Positions 26,567-39,821 of a DNA stretch of 64,000 nt are shown piece by piece; the first letter of the stretch is position 1; each line of letters starts with the position of its first letter. Source of the DNA: Octopus vulgaris (Eukaryota); NCBI GenBank assembly GCA_951406725.2, contig OX597817.1:123318001-123382000 (forward strand), written 5' to 3'. Position numbers and translations under genes: made by a program. The notes beneath the pieces were generated by a model. The model saw nothing but the letters and a program-made list of their open reading frames with translations. It did not search any database and had not been told where the DNA came from.

Positions 26567-26797
26567 TATTTCTTTACTACCCACAAGGGGCTAAACACAG
26601 AGAGGACAAACAAAGACAGACAAACGGATTAAGCCGACTATATCGACCCCAGTGCGTAACTGATACTTATTTAATCGACCCCGAAAGGATGAAAAGCAAA
26701 GTCGGCCTCGGCGGAATTTGAACTCAGAACGTAGCGGCAGACGAAATACCGCTAGGCATTTCGCCCGGTGTGCTAACGATTCTGCCAGCTCGCCGCC
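26567..26797 (-). mobile_element. tRNA-derived SINE, type A
   Basis: Inverted close match to 8371-8600; degenerate TSD ttcatctgcccaaatac / ttcttctgtccaaatat. Confidence 0.92.
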
Positions 26798-27184
26798 TTT
26801 TCTTCTGTCCAAATATTATTATATTGTAGCAATGACATTTAGATCAGTTAAAATTTGTAAAACAATGGAGACACATTTTATCTTAAAAACAAAATATAAT
26901 GTGTATCTCATGTTAGTGGAAGCAGCTTATAATGACGGATAATTATAGCAAGCGGTTATTGTTATCAAAATGTCTCGGTAAATAGATATACAATTACTTT
27001 TGTCAGTACGGTGACTGCGAAATGTAATGCTCGCTACAGAGATAAAGTGACTGTAGAGTGATGATATTGCATGGCAGTTGTAGTGATGATGATGCTAATA
27101 TTCATGGAATCGTATTTTGGTATATAAGATTTGGTAAGATAACACATATCTATCTAGCTATATATCTGTCTATCAAAAAATCAA

Positions 27185-27204
27185 TCTATCTATCTATCTA
27201 TCTA

Positions 27205-27239
<35 letters not shown>

Positions 27240-27241
27240 GA

Positions 27242-27300
<59 letters not shown>

Positions 27301-27380
27301 CCTACCTACCTACCTACCTACCAATCTCTATCTATCTATCTATCTATCTATTTATCTCTGTCTGTCTATCTATCAATCTA
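27185..27380. repeat. Compound (TCTA)/(TCTG)/(CCTA) microsatellite
   Basis: Directly visible. Confidence 0.95.
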
Positions 27381-27739
27381 TCTTCCTTTCTTTCATTATT
27401 TCTCTCTATATATGTGTGTGTGTGTGTGTGTGTTTGTGTGCGTGTATGTGCGCACGCGCGTTTGTGTGTGTGTGTATGCGTGCGTCTGTGAGTGTTTGCG
27501 TATGTTCAATAATAGCAAATGGATAAAACACTTCATTTCACGTCGCTCCAGTCTACTCAGCTGTAAAAGGGTAGGCATCCAGGGGGAATGTTGGCATGTC
27601 CACCTAACTAGCGCTATGGTATCATTCGAAAGCTATAACAATACGAGAAAGTGCATTGTAACCAGCCGTGTATAACAAATTATGCAAAAATAGAAATAAC
27701 ACTGTTATCTCATTATAACATATATGTACCAAAATTACA

Positions 27740-28415
27740 CAAAAATATCTTAAAATACTAAAGAGTAAATTTATTCAATAAAATCGCCATTGGCTCAACC
27801 ACGGCCTCCAGGCGACTTCGGAATCTCCTGCAACTCTTCTGGACGGTCTCCCTGTTTAAGCTGGTGAATGTTGCCAGTTCATCTTTGGTGTTACAAGGAA
27901 TTTTGTTGATCTCTCACTCAACTGCGCACACACATAATAATGAAGCGGGTTGCAGTCTATGGAGTTAGATGGTCAGATGTTATAGGTGATGTGGTTGCAG
28001 AAATTGTCTGACAGCCATAACTGGGCCCTCCTGCTTGTGTGACATAGTGCAGAGCCCTGTTGCCAGACATACGGTCTTCCAGTAGCCAACCTCTTCACCT
28101 AGGGTAGCACAACCTCCTCAAGGCACTTGATGTAGACTTCCGCGTAGAGTCTGAAGCCGTGTGGTAAGATCTATGGAAGCGCAACGTCGTCATCACTAGT
28201 GATCACTCTGAACACCATGATGTTGACTGAATGTTTGATTTTCATTACTCCCGGTACATGTCCTTAAGTTTTTCTGTCCTCGGATTGACATCTAAACACT
28301 CCGAAATCTTCGCAGACGATGCCCAACTAACCGTACTATACTGTGTAGTCGACAAAATCAAAAACATACAATGTGCATGCGTGAATTTCAAAATATAAAA
28401 TGGTGACAGTTTACC
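27740..28415 (-). mobile_element. Decayed Tc1/mariner-superfamily transposase fragment
   Basis: Minus strand translates to I*PSNSIDCNPLHYYVC (WPPNSPDxNPLDY motif); related to 47892-48760. Confidence 0.75.
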
Positions 28416-28420
28416 GTATA

Positions 28421-28479
<59 letters not shown>

Positions 28480-29299
28480 CAACAGAGAGTGAGAGATAGT
28501 GAGAGAGAGTGAGAGAGAGTTTAAATGAAGGAAAGAGACATTCGAATTGATGTTACGATCGTTTCCGTAAACAAATGCTGTTCACTCTATACCACATGTC
28601 AAGTTATACATATACATTATATGCAACGTATGTAGTAAATTATTACTGTTCGTTTACGTCTTCAGCCATCACGATTTGAAACACAATCGATCATAAGTTT
28701 TAATTTTACAATCAAAAATATTTTCTCCCTAATGTTACCAACTGGTTTTGGTTACAGAATATGCCTCGTCTAAAAGAAAGAACAATAATCAATGTTCCTT
28801 TGTTGCTGCCGGATCTTCTTTCAGTGCCAGTCATAAAACCTAGTAAGAGAAACAATATATTACTTTGCTTTATAATATTCAGTGTCTCAGAAAGTACTCA
28901 TGACTATGTATATTATATTTCTCAATTCCCTGATTCACCTACAAAGAAATGATCAGCGAAAACTAATGATGGCTTACTTCAGGCTCCGTAATAAGTAGTC
29001 ATAAGAATTTCTAAAGTAAAAATAAAATCGGCTTTGCTTCTAATATCATAAAACGTCCCATTTCTTACAATGCACACAATTACCTTCTTTTGTAAATCTC
29101 GCGCAATAAGACGCAGCAGAAACAAAATTAAGAAACAAGGTTTGAAATACTGTTACTTGTAGTAGTTGTAGTAACAGTAGCCGCCGCAGCAGTAGCTGTT
29201 GATTTTCCCCAGGTCGCTAACGACATAGCAGACTAGCAGACATATGGTCAAATGTAGTCTAGTTATGACCATTCTGCTTTTTCCAGACAGAAACTCTCA

Positions 29300-29340
<41 letters not shown>

Positions 29341-29356
29341 ACACACATCTATGTTA

Positions 29357-29472
<116 letters not shown>

Positions 29473-29530
29473 GTATATACATACATACATACATGCATAC
29501 ATACACACAGACATATATATATATATATTT

Positions 29531-29811
29531 AAGTAGTTGAATGAATTATCCTAGTATGGATAATTCGGTTAACCAATACCTGGGTAGCAAATTCACGTCA
29601 GAAAAACACGGTTGAAGCTACATGCCAAGGGCAGAGATCACGTGCTTTCGTGTGGAAATTTGTGTGTTTTTTTAATACAAATAAATGAAAGAATGGAGTT
29701 GAACGACGATTTAACAAAATTCCTTCATTCTCGACATATGTTTCGAAGGCTGCATATTCCTAATTTCGAAGGAATAAGGAGTGCATTATGCCGCCTTCTC
29801 ATCAGGAAATA
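29531..29811 (-). mobile_element. Short HHR-bearing Penelope-like/retrozyme unit between microsatellites
   Basis: About 280 bp of non-microsatellite sequence bounded by TA/CA tracts; intact HHR at its 5' end; terminal hairpin and CAACTACTT motif at its 3' end. Confidence 0.7.
29729..29809 (-). ncRNA. Type I hammerhead ribozyme with intact core
   Basis: Minus strand reads tttc-CTGATGA-gaaggc-(structured loop)-gccttc-GAAAC-atat-GTC-gaga: canonical GUC triplet, 6-bp stem II, palindromic stem III acatatgt. Confidence 0.88.
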
Positions 29812-31913
29812 CATATATACATATATACATACACACACGCGCAGTCATACACACACACACATACATACACACACAGCGAAAAGAGGATATATGTTAGTCT
29901 CAGTTTTTATTAACTGCATTGTCAGATGAAAATAAAAAGATGTTTTGAAATCAACAATGTATAGAAAACTTGAAAAGTCTGTTGTTTTACAGCAATAGGT
30001 CTACCTGTCTCTATATATGTATGCATGTAGGTATTTATATGCATATATATATGCATACATACGTGACCGCGTGTGTATCGTTGACGATTTGTTTTCCTCC
30101 GTCTTCCCTTCCTTGGATCTTTCCTTTCCTGAGCGTTCAATAACACTATACTTGTTCCACATCCTCGAGCTGTTGTGCTTTCTTTTTGTGTTTTCATGTT
30201 TGGATTAACTTTACAAACATACATACACACATACTTACCTTGTTGTTGATGTTGAAATTCCAATGAAGGAGCCTTGAATCTAGGTTAGAAACCGGTTTTT
30301 TCTCTGTTGGTAAGAAATCTTGAAATAAACTGAATAATGACATCCATACATACAAACATATAGATATTTCACTCACTGGATGTAGTATACATGCGATATC
30401 CTTAAAACTTTTCTATATGCAGTTTCTCTTTTCCATTTTTACGTAACTAATCTAGCTTATTTCCAGATTCTTTTAGTCTTATCGAAGATTACTCTTAAGT
30501 AATATTATAATGGCTTCGTAGTCCTAGAAGAAAAAAAAAATCATTACGTTGGCTCGCTCTTAACGAATGTCATAATTTTGGTTATTTTATTTTAGGTTTC
30601 TTGATTCACTTCATTTCAATAAAATTTTTGGATTAATTCATTCAATACAGAGAATTTATCTCTTCTACATGATATTTTATGGGTCTGATGAGATAGAAAT
30701 TGCATCTCACTGCATATGCACTTCTTCGTAATTTTAACTACCGGTAAACTTTTTGTTTAGTATCAGGTGAAAACTGATAGAACAAAACTTTGGTCGAAAG
30801 CATTCCGGTTATGTCTATTCTATTTTTTAAATAGAATCATTTTAGTATTTCTATGTTTCTTGAGATCATATGTGCACTTCTAGAAACTCTTACATCTACC
30901 TGTGTTAGAAGAGCATAGTATCCTCTCCCCCCCAAAGCACAGACCTGGACAGGATTGTTAATAATTCTAGTACTTACTGATGTACCAATATTTTCCTTTC
31001 TATGCTAGTGATATTGTTTAATCAAGGGGAAGAATCAACTTGTCAATATCATTGAAAAAATTTCCAAAACTAGGTGGAAGGTCCGAACTACTTTAAAGAC
31101 TCCAGGTCATGATTTGCAATCGATTTTAATCAGCGCCTGTAACTGAATGGTACTGGTGGTTATGTTATACATTTTGGTTGGATGAAAAGCCAAGTTTACC
31201 ACGCAAGAATTGAACTCAGAATGTAAAGAAATGGAGCAAATGGTGAAGTGGATATATTTTTATGAATTCTTCATTAATAGCCCTCAAAACTAACTAAGAG
31301 CTGCATTATCCAGTATACCTTTTCCTTGTTTAATAATTCAGGACTTTGTTTAGTGGAAATGTGGTAGTAGGTTGAGTATGAATATGGAGGGCTCACTTGT
31401 GGGCTAAATATTATTATTAGCAAACCTGAAACATACGTAACGTGGAAGGGGATGCAATGTATAAAATATTGATCTACGTAGACATGGGTTTGAATTTATA
31501 TCACTGAAACGGTTTTATTAAAGTTATAAAGTGATCTAAAATCGGTTTAAAAATAAATTATTATGAGAGTACATTCGGTCTGGTGAGTAGAATACTTCTT
31601 TATCCATTGGTGTGGGTAATTACTTTTACATGTGACTACATGTAGTGTGTATTAGGAAAACGTGCAGGTAAAGTTAGTTTTTCTCCATACTGACGAATTC
31701 GAACAACTGAAATGTTTGAACACGTAATGCAAATTAGTAGACTACATGAGAATTTTATAATTCAACTTTACCTTAATAAATTACATTAATCTTTTGGACT
31801 AAGTCAGTCAGGAGTTAGTAAACGACTCAGGCATGGACTCATGACTGTAACAGTTACAATAATACTGACTATCTACAGTATCTTTCCTACTGAGCCTGTC
31901 ACATTCTACATGA

Positions 31914-31914
31914 T

Positions 31915-31971
<57 letters not shown>
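31914..31971. repeat. (CTA)n microsatellite
   Basis: Directly visible. Confidence 0.95.
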
Positions 31972-32455
31972 TAACAGAATAGTAGAATAGTTGCAACATA
32001 ACAATGATTAGATATTACACTGTAAACAAAACAGTTACAGTAGACCTCTAGGTGCTAGACATTTTGATAGCGCCAATCTTGTGTTTTACTTCTTAGTCAG
32101 TGTGTTGTATAAGGAAAGTTGATATAAAACGATTCAACTACGACACTAGCTTTGGCAGAAAGAAGTGCCAAAAAAATTATATATACTATTGTAATATTAC
32201 AGAAAACTGCTAGACATTGTTCTTGTCGTTTAGCCCCGGGCCAGCCTTCACTGAACAAACCTATGATCACTTTGATCTATCCGTTTCTTTTTCCTATAAT
32301 CCACATGCTACCTTCTTATTTTAATAAGGTAAAATACTGGCTCTGGGGGAAATTTGGTTGACTGATTTTAGACTAGCTAGATGCATAGTAGTTGGTAGGG
32401 GCTAAAAGTTTACTTCAGCCACGAACTTGCTGACGTTGAGCCAAAAAGTGACACA

Positions 32456-32670
32456 GGCGGCGAGCTGGCAGAATCGTTTCTGCGCCGAACAAAATCCTCA
32501 GCGGCATTTCATCCGTCTTTATATTCTGACTTCAAATTCCACTGCGGTCATCTTTGCTTTTATCCGTGCAAGATCGATAAAATGAGTACCAGTGGTGCAC
32601 TAGAGCCGATGTAATCGACTTTTCCCATCCCCCGAAATTGTTGACCTTGTGCCAAAATCTAAAACCAAGA
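32456..32670 (+). mobile_element. tRNA-derived SINE, type A
   Basis: ggcggcgagctggcagaatcgtt head and conserved core. Confidence 0.85.
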
Positions 32671-32708
32671 TATATATGCAAAGGTAAGTCAGAAAGTGGA
32701 GCAATTTT

Positions 32709-33293
32709 TATTACCTCTGCTTTCACTAAGGCGGAGGTATTGTTTTCAGTCATGTTTGTAAGTTTGTCCGTGTACACAGTATCTCAAGAACCGCTGGGTG
32801 GATACAAATGAAACTTTCAGGGATATTTGGCCTTGTGACTGGTACAAATTGATTAGATTTTGGGATCGATCTGATACCAGACAAGGATTCTGAGTTTTTT
32901 TTAATATTTCCTTTAATTTACGTGTTTAGTTCTCTTGTACACGCATACACATACACATATTTACTCACACATTTTCAGCGTTGATTACCATCTCATTTCC
33001 ATTGTACGCACACACACACACACTCATTCCTCACGCACACACGCAAACATGCCTCTCTTTTACACACTCATATACTCAAACTTCAAACGCCGTTTATCGG
33101 CTTTTCACTTCTTCCTTCGTTATTCATCTGTCGCCCCATCTTTTTCTTATTCATACGACGGTCCCTTTGCCACTTCGTTTCGTCTTTCTCATTGTCATTA
33201 CTTTCTCTCACTCCCTCTCAGTCATGGTTTTTACTCTCACTACTTCTCCTTCACTGTATCAGTATTTCATCTCCTCTCCCTTCACCACTCACT

Positions 33294-33363
<70 letters not shown>

Positions 33364-33625
33364 TTGGACGACACACACACAGCATTACAAACATGGCCTA
33401 CACACCCACTTGCACATTCCATGACTCCTATTGTGATTGATCAGGTACCGGACAAGGTATATGGATTATTTTTCCGTTTGAGAGCGATCGGGTTCATTTT
33501 TAGTGTTCCCGTTTGTGAGAGCAGGCGATTTCATTTCAGATATTTTCATTTTAAAAATCATCTCCGGCTAATCACTGAGAGGACGTTGGTGTTGCGTTGA
33601 TGGAGGTTTGTGCTGAGTGCTCTTC
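32709..33625. mobile_element. Helentron/DINE-1-like non-autonomous element (HINE), tentative
   Basis: T-run then attacctctgc..ggcggaggt short inverted motif at the 5' end; matching ggaggt subterminal motif and gtgctgagtgctc near the 3' end; internal microsatellites. Confidence 0.5.
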
Positions 33626-34551
33626 ATTGCATTACTTTTCGATTGTTTTGTGCATACAAAAACTGAGTCAAGTAAAAAATTGCATTACTTTCTGACTCGG
33701 CTACGTATATCAAAATATCTGGAACAACACTCAGTAATACTGACTTATGAAAACCCTTGAATCATTACATCTCCATTAAATATTATGTTGTGTTTCAAAT
33801 GTGAACCAGCAAGGTAGAACCCAAGCTCGCCCTATACCAAATTATTGAGTGTAAGTAGGAATTTTCTGTGCAGTGTGTTAGTGAAAGGAAATTCACTTTA
33901 AACCTAAGGATTTCTAACGTACAACAGCACATCCATTTTGTAGTACATAGTAGACAAACCAATAGTGACAAATTTCCCTGAAACCACATCTTACTCTTTT
34001 ATAGAAAAACCATATTAGACAATTTAGTTCCTGATATACAAATATACAGCCTTTCACTATTCGTCTAGTCAGCGCTGATGTCCACTTGAACATCGAAAAT
34101 ACTATTGCATACTCACTGAATATAAGCCAACAATCTAATATTAAAAAATTTCATGTTTCTGTGTATTTTCTATCATTTCCTGTTTACCAATCTATCTGAG
34201 GAATAAAAACAAAAATATCCTTTACTTTATTAGGACATACAGCAACGTTTTAAACTTCTTCTGTATTAAAATACATAAAATATATCTAAAAATTATTTTG
34301 TTTCGCTAAAACCACATTCATATAAACAAGCATTGTTAAAATTATTATAAAATTCAAAACTATAAATTTGCAATATTAAGCTAGAAATTTTATTTTATTT
34401 ATTAAACTTCATGTTAGTGAATAAATTCATATATTTATTTGGGTTTACGTAAAAGCAACGTTTGCTATTTTTAGGACATACATTTCGCTTTTTTAAAAAT
34501 TGCGATCCAACTGAATGCATTTCTGAAAATTATATCTAGCTTTGTAAACTC

Positions 34552-34553
34552 TG

Positions 34554-34638
<85 letters not shown>
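34552..34638. repeat. (TCTA)n microsatellite
   Basis: Directly visible. Confidence 0.97.
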
Positions 34639-34639
<1 letters not shown>

Positions 34640-35069
34640 AACCTCCGTGTGTGTGTGTGTGTATGTGTGTTACTCTTGCCAATAAAATTATTTAAATTTA
34701 CTAAAATAATCGATTGGACATAAGATTTATCTTCATTGTGAAAAATAATATAAACAAAAGAGTTTATTGGATGGCTAGGTATTGGAAGATACATGATAAA
34801 TAATAATGGTCTACATAATGTCACATTGTAGTCAAACGTGTTATATTATAGAATAGTATGTAGAGTATTTATTTATTTGTTTATTTATTCCTTCCCTGCG
34901 TATGGTAACAAGCATTGGTGAGTAAATTATTAAGCTCCTGGATATAAAACACCGATTCACCCAATGAATCGCTGGTTTATATCATGCCCTTAGTACAGCA
35001 TTGTGTACTTGGTTAAGACATGTATTTTCCAACAACTGTATGTGATGTCAATACTGATGGATTAAATAA

Positions 35070-35280
35070 GGCGGTGAGCCGGCTGAATCATTAACAGGCC
35101 AGTTAAAATGCTTAGAAGCATTTCTTCCGTTTTTGTGCTCTGAGCTCAAATTCTGCCAAGGTTGGCCTTACCTCTCGTCTTTTCAGGTTCGATGGAATAA
35201 GTACTATTTGAACACTATGGTCGACGTAATCGACGTATCCTCTCTCAGAAATTTCTGATCTTGCGCCAAAACTTGAAGCC
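35070..35280 (+). mobile_element. tRNA-derived SINE, type A, diverged
   Basis: ggcggtgagccggctgaatc head; flanking near-duplication tgatggattaaata / tgatggataaaata. Confidence 0.75.
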
Positions 35281-35321
35281 TACAGTGATGGATAAAATAA
35301 TGTTGTATGAGGGGAGAAATA

Positions 35322-35590
35322 GTCCGGTGGTTAGGACGTTGCTTTCGCGATCACGAGAACATGGTTTCAATTCCTGGTCCGGGTCGTGCGTTAAGCTCTT
35401 GAGCAAAACACCTCATCTCACATAGCTCTGCGATCACTTCGACACTCGATTTCTGGTACGTCGTGCACCTGTTCAGGCAACGTCGATTTTGAAGGAGGGA
35501 CTGAGCTTAAAGTACGGCACATACATTTGATCACTGTAAGCAACTCAATTGTGTAGGTTGTTCAGTAAGAAATTGCAGATCCGTCTTACT
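35322..35590 (+). mobile_element. tRNA-derived SINE, type C-like
   Basis: ggtggttagg A-box, ggtttcaattcctgg B-box, and cttgagcaaaacac shared with the 22512 copy. Confidence 0.7.
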
Positions 35591-35614
35591 CGGACTACGA
35601 AAGACTATCACCCT

Positions 35615-35701
35615 CATTATCATTATCCTCCTCCACCTCCTCCTCCTCATCATCATCATCCTCACCATCACCGTCACTATCACCATCACCGTCACTATCA
35701 A

Positions 35702-35758
<57 letters not shown>

Positions 35759-35759
35759 T

Positions 35760-35796
<37 letters not shown>

Positions 35797-35808
35797 CCAC
35801 CATCATCA
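35615..35808. repeat. (CAT)n-rich trinucleotide microsatellite
   Basis: Directly visible; source of the poly-His and poly-Met pseudo-ORFs. Confidence 0.95.
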
Positions 35809-36719
35809 AATAATGCTGCATTTTAAAATTTTATTGATTAGCCCTAAGTAAGCCGTAATCAAGCATAGAAACCAATAATCAAATACATTCTATCTCTGAC
35901 TACCATATATCATAGTGTTAAACACAATACCTCTAACTATATATTATGAGAGTTGCCCATCTTCTAAAACGAGTGAAATTCGAGGGAAATTAGTCAGCTA
36001 TTTCCAGTTGCTCCAGATACTATGTAGTGACTTTCTCTTTGGCTCAAACGTTTTATTACTTGGAATAAATATTTCCATGTATTCTTGTTGACTAACAATG
36101 GAACCTTACATGGAATTCTATTACTGTCATTGTAAAATGGTCGTAAAAAGAAATGAATCGATATAAAACTTAAACAGATTTAAGAATTTATTCACTATAA
36201 TGGAATGTAATAACAGAAACCTCAATTTTAGCTTAATTTTGTTATTTTTAAGTTTAGAAATTCTGTAATAATTTTAATAGTATTTGTTTATACGAATCCG
36301 GTTTTAGTGAAAGAAATAATTTTAGATAACATATTAAATAAGACATAAATTACAAACACTTACACACACACATACATGCGCTTACATGCATACACACACA
36401 CACACACACACACATATGCTTTTATTGTATTTTGCGTAATTATGTATATTTGCATACATATACATACACACATACATAGATACATCAGCGCGCGCAGGCA
36501 CACGCACACACAAACAAACAAATTCTCGTATAGCAAATACCTATAATTTCAAAATTCCATAATAATTTAGTAAAGTTCGTTCATACGAATTCAATCTTAG
36601 AGACAGAAATTATTTCAGATAACATTAAATATAAATTTAAGATACGTAAGTTTTATACACACGTGTGGAGTGTGCTTGCGTGTGTGTATGTGTGTGTATG
36701 TATATATATATATATATAC

Positions 36720-36773
<54 letters not shown>

Positions 36774-36808
36774 ACACACACACATATACCTATATGCATA
36801 CATGCACG

Positions 36809-36871
<63 letters not shown>

Positions 36872-37178
36872 AAATATAAATATTCATATATATATATATA
36901 TATATATATATGTGCTTGTGTATATATGCATGTATGTATGTATCTATCTATCTCTCTCCCCCCTCTCTCTATATATATATATGTACACATGTTTCTCTAT
37001 GTACTTTCTAAACCCAAAACAATGGAAGTTAAGTAAAAAATTTCATGTCGATGCGTTAATATTATTACGTGGTATTTCAATAGTTCAGGGTTAGGAGCTC
37101 TTCTTGGGGAAATCTACGGAGTGAAAGTAATATATATATACATATATATATATATATTACTTTCACTCCGTAGATATA

Positions 37179-37264
<86 letters not shown>

Positions 37265-37265
37265 C

Positions 37266-37296
<31 letters not shown>

Positions 37297-37701
37297 CAGG
37301 AGTGGCTGTGTGGTAAATAGCTTGCTAACCTACCACATGGTTCCGGGTTCACTCCCACTGCGTGGCATCTTGGGCAAGTGTCTTCTGCTATAGCCCCGGG
37401 CCGACCAATGCCTTGTGAATGGATTTGGTAGACGGAAACAGAAAGAAGCCTGTCGTATATATGTATATATATATGTATGTGTGTGTATGTGTTTGTGTGT
37501 CTGTGTTTGTCCCCCTAGCATTGCTTGACAACCGATGCTGGTGTGTTTATGTCCTCGTTACTTAGCTGTTCGCCAAAAGAGACCGATAGAATAAGTACTG
37601 GGCTTACAAAAAGAATAAGTCCCGGAGTCGAGTTGCTCGATTAAAGGCAGTGCTCCAGCATGGCCGCAGTCAAATGACTGAAACAAGTAAAAGAGTAAAG
37701 A

Positions 37702-37702
<1 letters not shown>
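37297..37702 (+). mobile_element. tRNA-derived SINE, type B, near full length
   Basis: caggagtggctgtgtggtaa A-box, gggttcactcc B-box, internal (TG)n and gagtaaa tail; inserted in (TA)n. Confidence 0.9.
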
Positions 37703-37756
<54 letters not shown>

Positions 37757-37904
37757 CGCGCGTGTGTGTGTAGATCCGTTATATATAACCGAGCTGTATT
37801 TGCTGATTAAAGTATCTTCTATTCTCAAGTTCCCAATTTTTCTTTCTTTAGCTCCAAAGGAAATTGGAAGTCTTCGGTATGGCATTAACTTAGATGATTT
37901 TTAG

Positions 37905-38323
37905 ATGATTAACTTAGATAAACAGCACATGACCTTGCAGGTGGGGCCCAGTTAGAATTTTCTTCAGGTTGAGTAGCCCATCCCGCTCAAACGGTCCCTG
38001 AATAAGGGTTGTTTAAGGATGTTGAAAAAACCACCCATGTTTCCAGAGGTGAATTATTCAAACCCCAAAGAATCCCTCTCAACACATGGCTATGATGCTC
38101 CCCCACTACTTCTGCTCGTGATCAGAGATGCACATATCGTCAGCCACTAAGGGATATGCTCAACTGGTTAAGGTCAAGCAACTGACAAGCAAATCTGTGG
38201 TATTGAGCAGAATATTTGCTGTAGCCCATCTTTTATACCAAGACAAAACAATGTACATGATAACACTTCCAATCAGTTAAGATCAGAAGCCATGAGAGCC
38301 ACTGCCTGGTACTGCATCAGGGC

Positions 38324-38325
<2 letters not shown>
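37905..38325 (-). mobile_element. Probable 5'-truncated 3' region of a TAA-targeting LINE
   Basis: Abuts the (ATT)n array, has a second diverged copy at 11541 and lies within the R4/Dong cluster. Class assignment is inferred. Confidence 0.55.
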
Positions 38326-38519
<194 letters not shown>

Positions 38520-38539
38520 TCCTTCTTTCTTCAAATTTT

Positions 38540-39006
38540 CTTCCATTTCTCGCCGAGTGTTTTCTGTACACCTAGGGCAGAGAAGCTCATTGTATGCATT
38601 CCCAGATTACACACGCAATTTCACAAGTAAAATATGTATTTAAAAACAATAATAAATAAATAAATATTCATGAATGGATGTTATTTTCATAGCGATAATT
38701 CTCTTCTCTGTACATGAGTCGTTCCAGTTTACACGATTTTTTGCAATTCCTGCTGGGATGGTAAGCCTGGTATCATTTTCAAATAGGTTTCAGTACCTTT
38801 TGTTATAATTCCTAGAGATCTTTCAATCACTGGTACTGTAGTCGCCTTGAGATGCCACATTTTTCAATTTCTATTAGCAAGTCTATATATTTACTGATCT
38901 TGTCAAATTCATTCGTCGCTATATTGTAATTGCAAGGAATACTCATGTCAATTAATAAACACGCCATTTTTGTCTGATCTATAATAATATCCGGTTTATT
39001 AGCTTT
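38540..39006 (-). mobile_element. R4/Dong-like LINE 3' fragment (restriction-like endonuclease)
   Basis: Minus strand gives NKPDIII..LLIDMSIPCNYNIATNEFDKISKYIDLLIEIEK, a PD..D REL motif; 3' end runs into (TAA)n. Confidence 0.75.
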
Positions 39007-39169
39007 AGTATAAAGATAATAAACCGGATATTATTATAAAAGATCAGACAAAAAAGCGTATTTATGAGTTTATTGTTATTATTATTATCATTATCATTAT
39101 CCTCCTCCTCCTCCTCCTCATCATCATCATCATCATTATCATTATTATTATTATTATTAATTTTAATTT

Positions 39170-39800
39170 ATCACAAGATTTGTTAAGGATCCTAGAGTTT
39201 GGTATGTTGAGCGTGCTTACTACCGGCAGCCAACGGTACTTTACTATTCGTTCTCTTTAGCTATCTAATATTTTCCTGATTATTCTGGCTGTGCCAAGGA
39301 GGCAAACATTTTGTAACAGTTCTACTGGGCACTCTATCCCAGTTTGCTTTATATTCCTCTTGATGCCTTTTGAAACGGTTCTGTTCTCAAGGACCCAACA
39401 ATAATTGACATCGTCTTCACCTTCATTTTCATAACCCAGCTATTTCGTACTTAAGACTTTTGTATCTATCTTTTTGCTTTCCTTCTTGACTATTTGTGTG
39501 TCAAAGGGGCATGTAATATCAACTATTTAGCACTTTTTCCACCCCCACATCGTCCGGTCTGTTATGGTCTAGTACCTGATCTGTTTGGATTGGGAAATCC
39601 TAGAGGATTTTGCTAGTCCCCGACTTTGCCACTGTGTGTTGTTTGTACTCATATCACGTCTTGCTTCTCTATAGCTTCCACTTTCGCACATTTTCCGATG
39701 TAGCACTTATGCTACCTGATCGTGTCGCCACAACTTATTGTGGTTTGGGACAAGTCTAGGGCATTCGTTTGCAATATGAGCAATGGTTTCATCAATTATT
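39170..39800 (-). mobile_element. R4/Dong-like LINE fragment, second subfamily
   Basis: Minus strand gives ETIAHIANECPRL..WRHDQVA and HNRPD..IDITCPFD-like motifs; ends at the (TAA)/(TGA) repeat 39070-39160. Confidence 0.7.
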
Positions 39801-39821
39801 ATAAATTTTGCTATTTATTGT

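Noticed and set aside
37066-37110. Minus-strand hammerhead relic (CCCAAGA...GAAA)
   Set aside because: Two core mismatches plus an out-of-register stem II; too degenerate to support.
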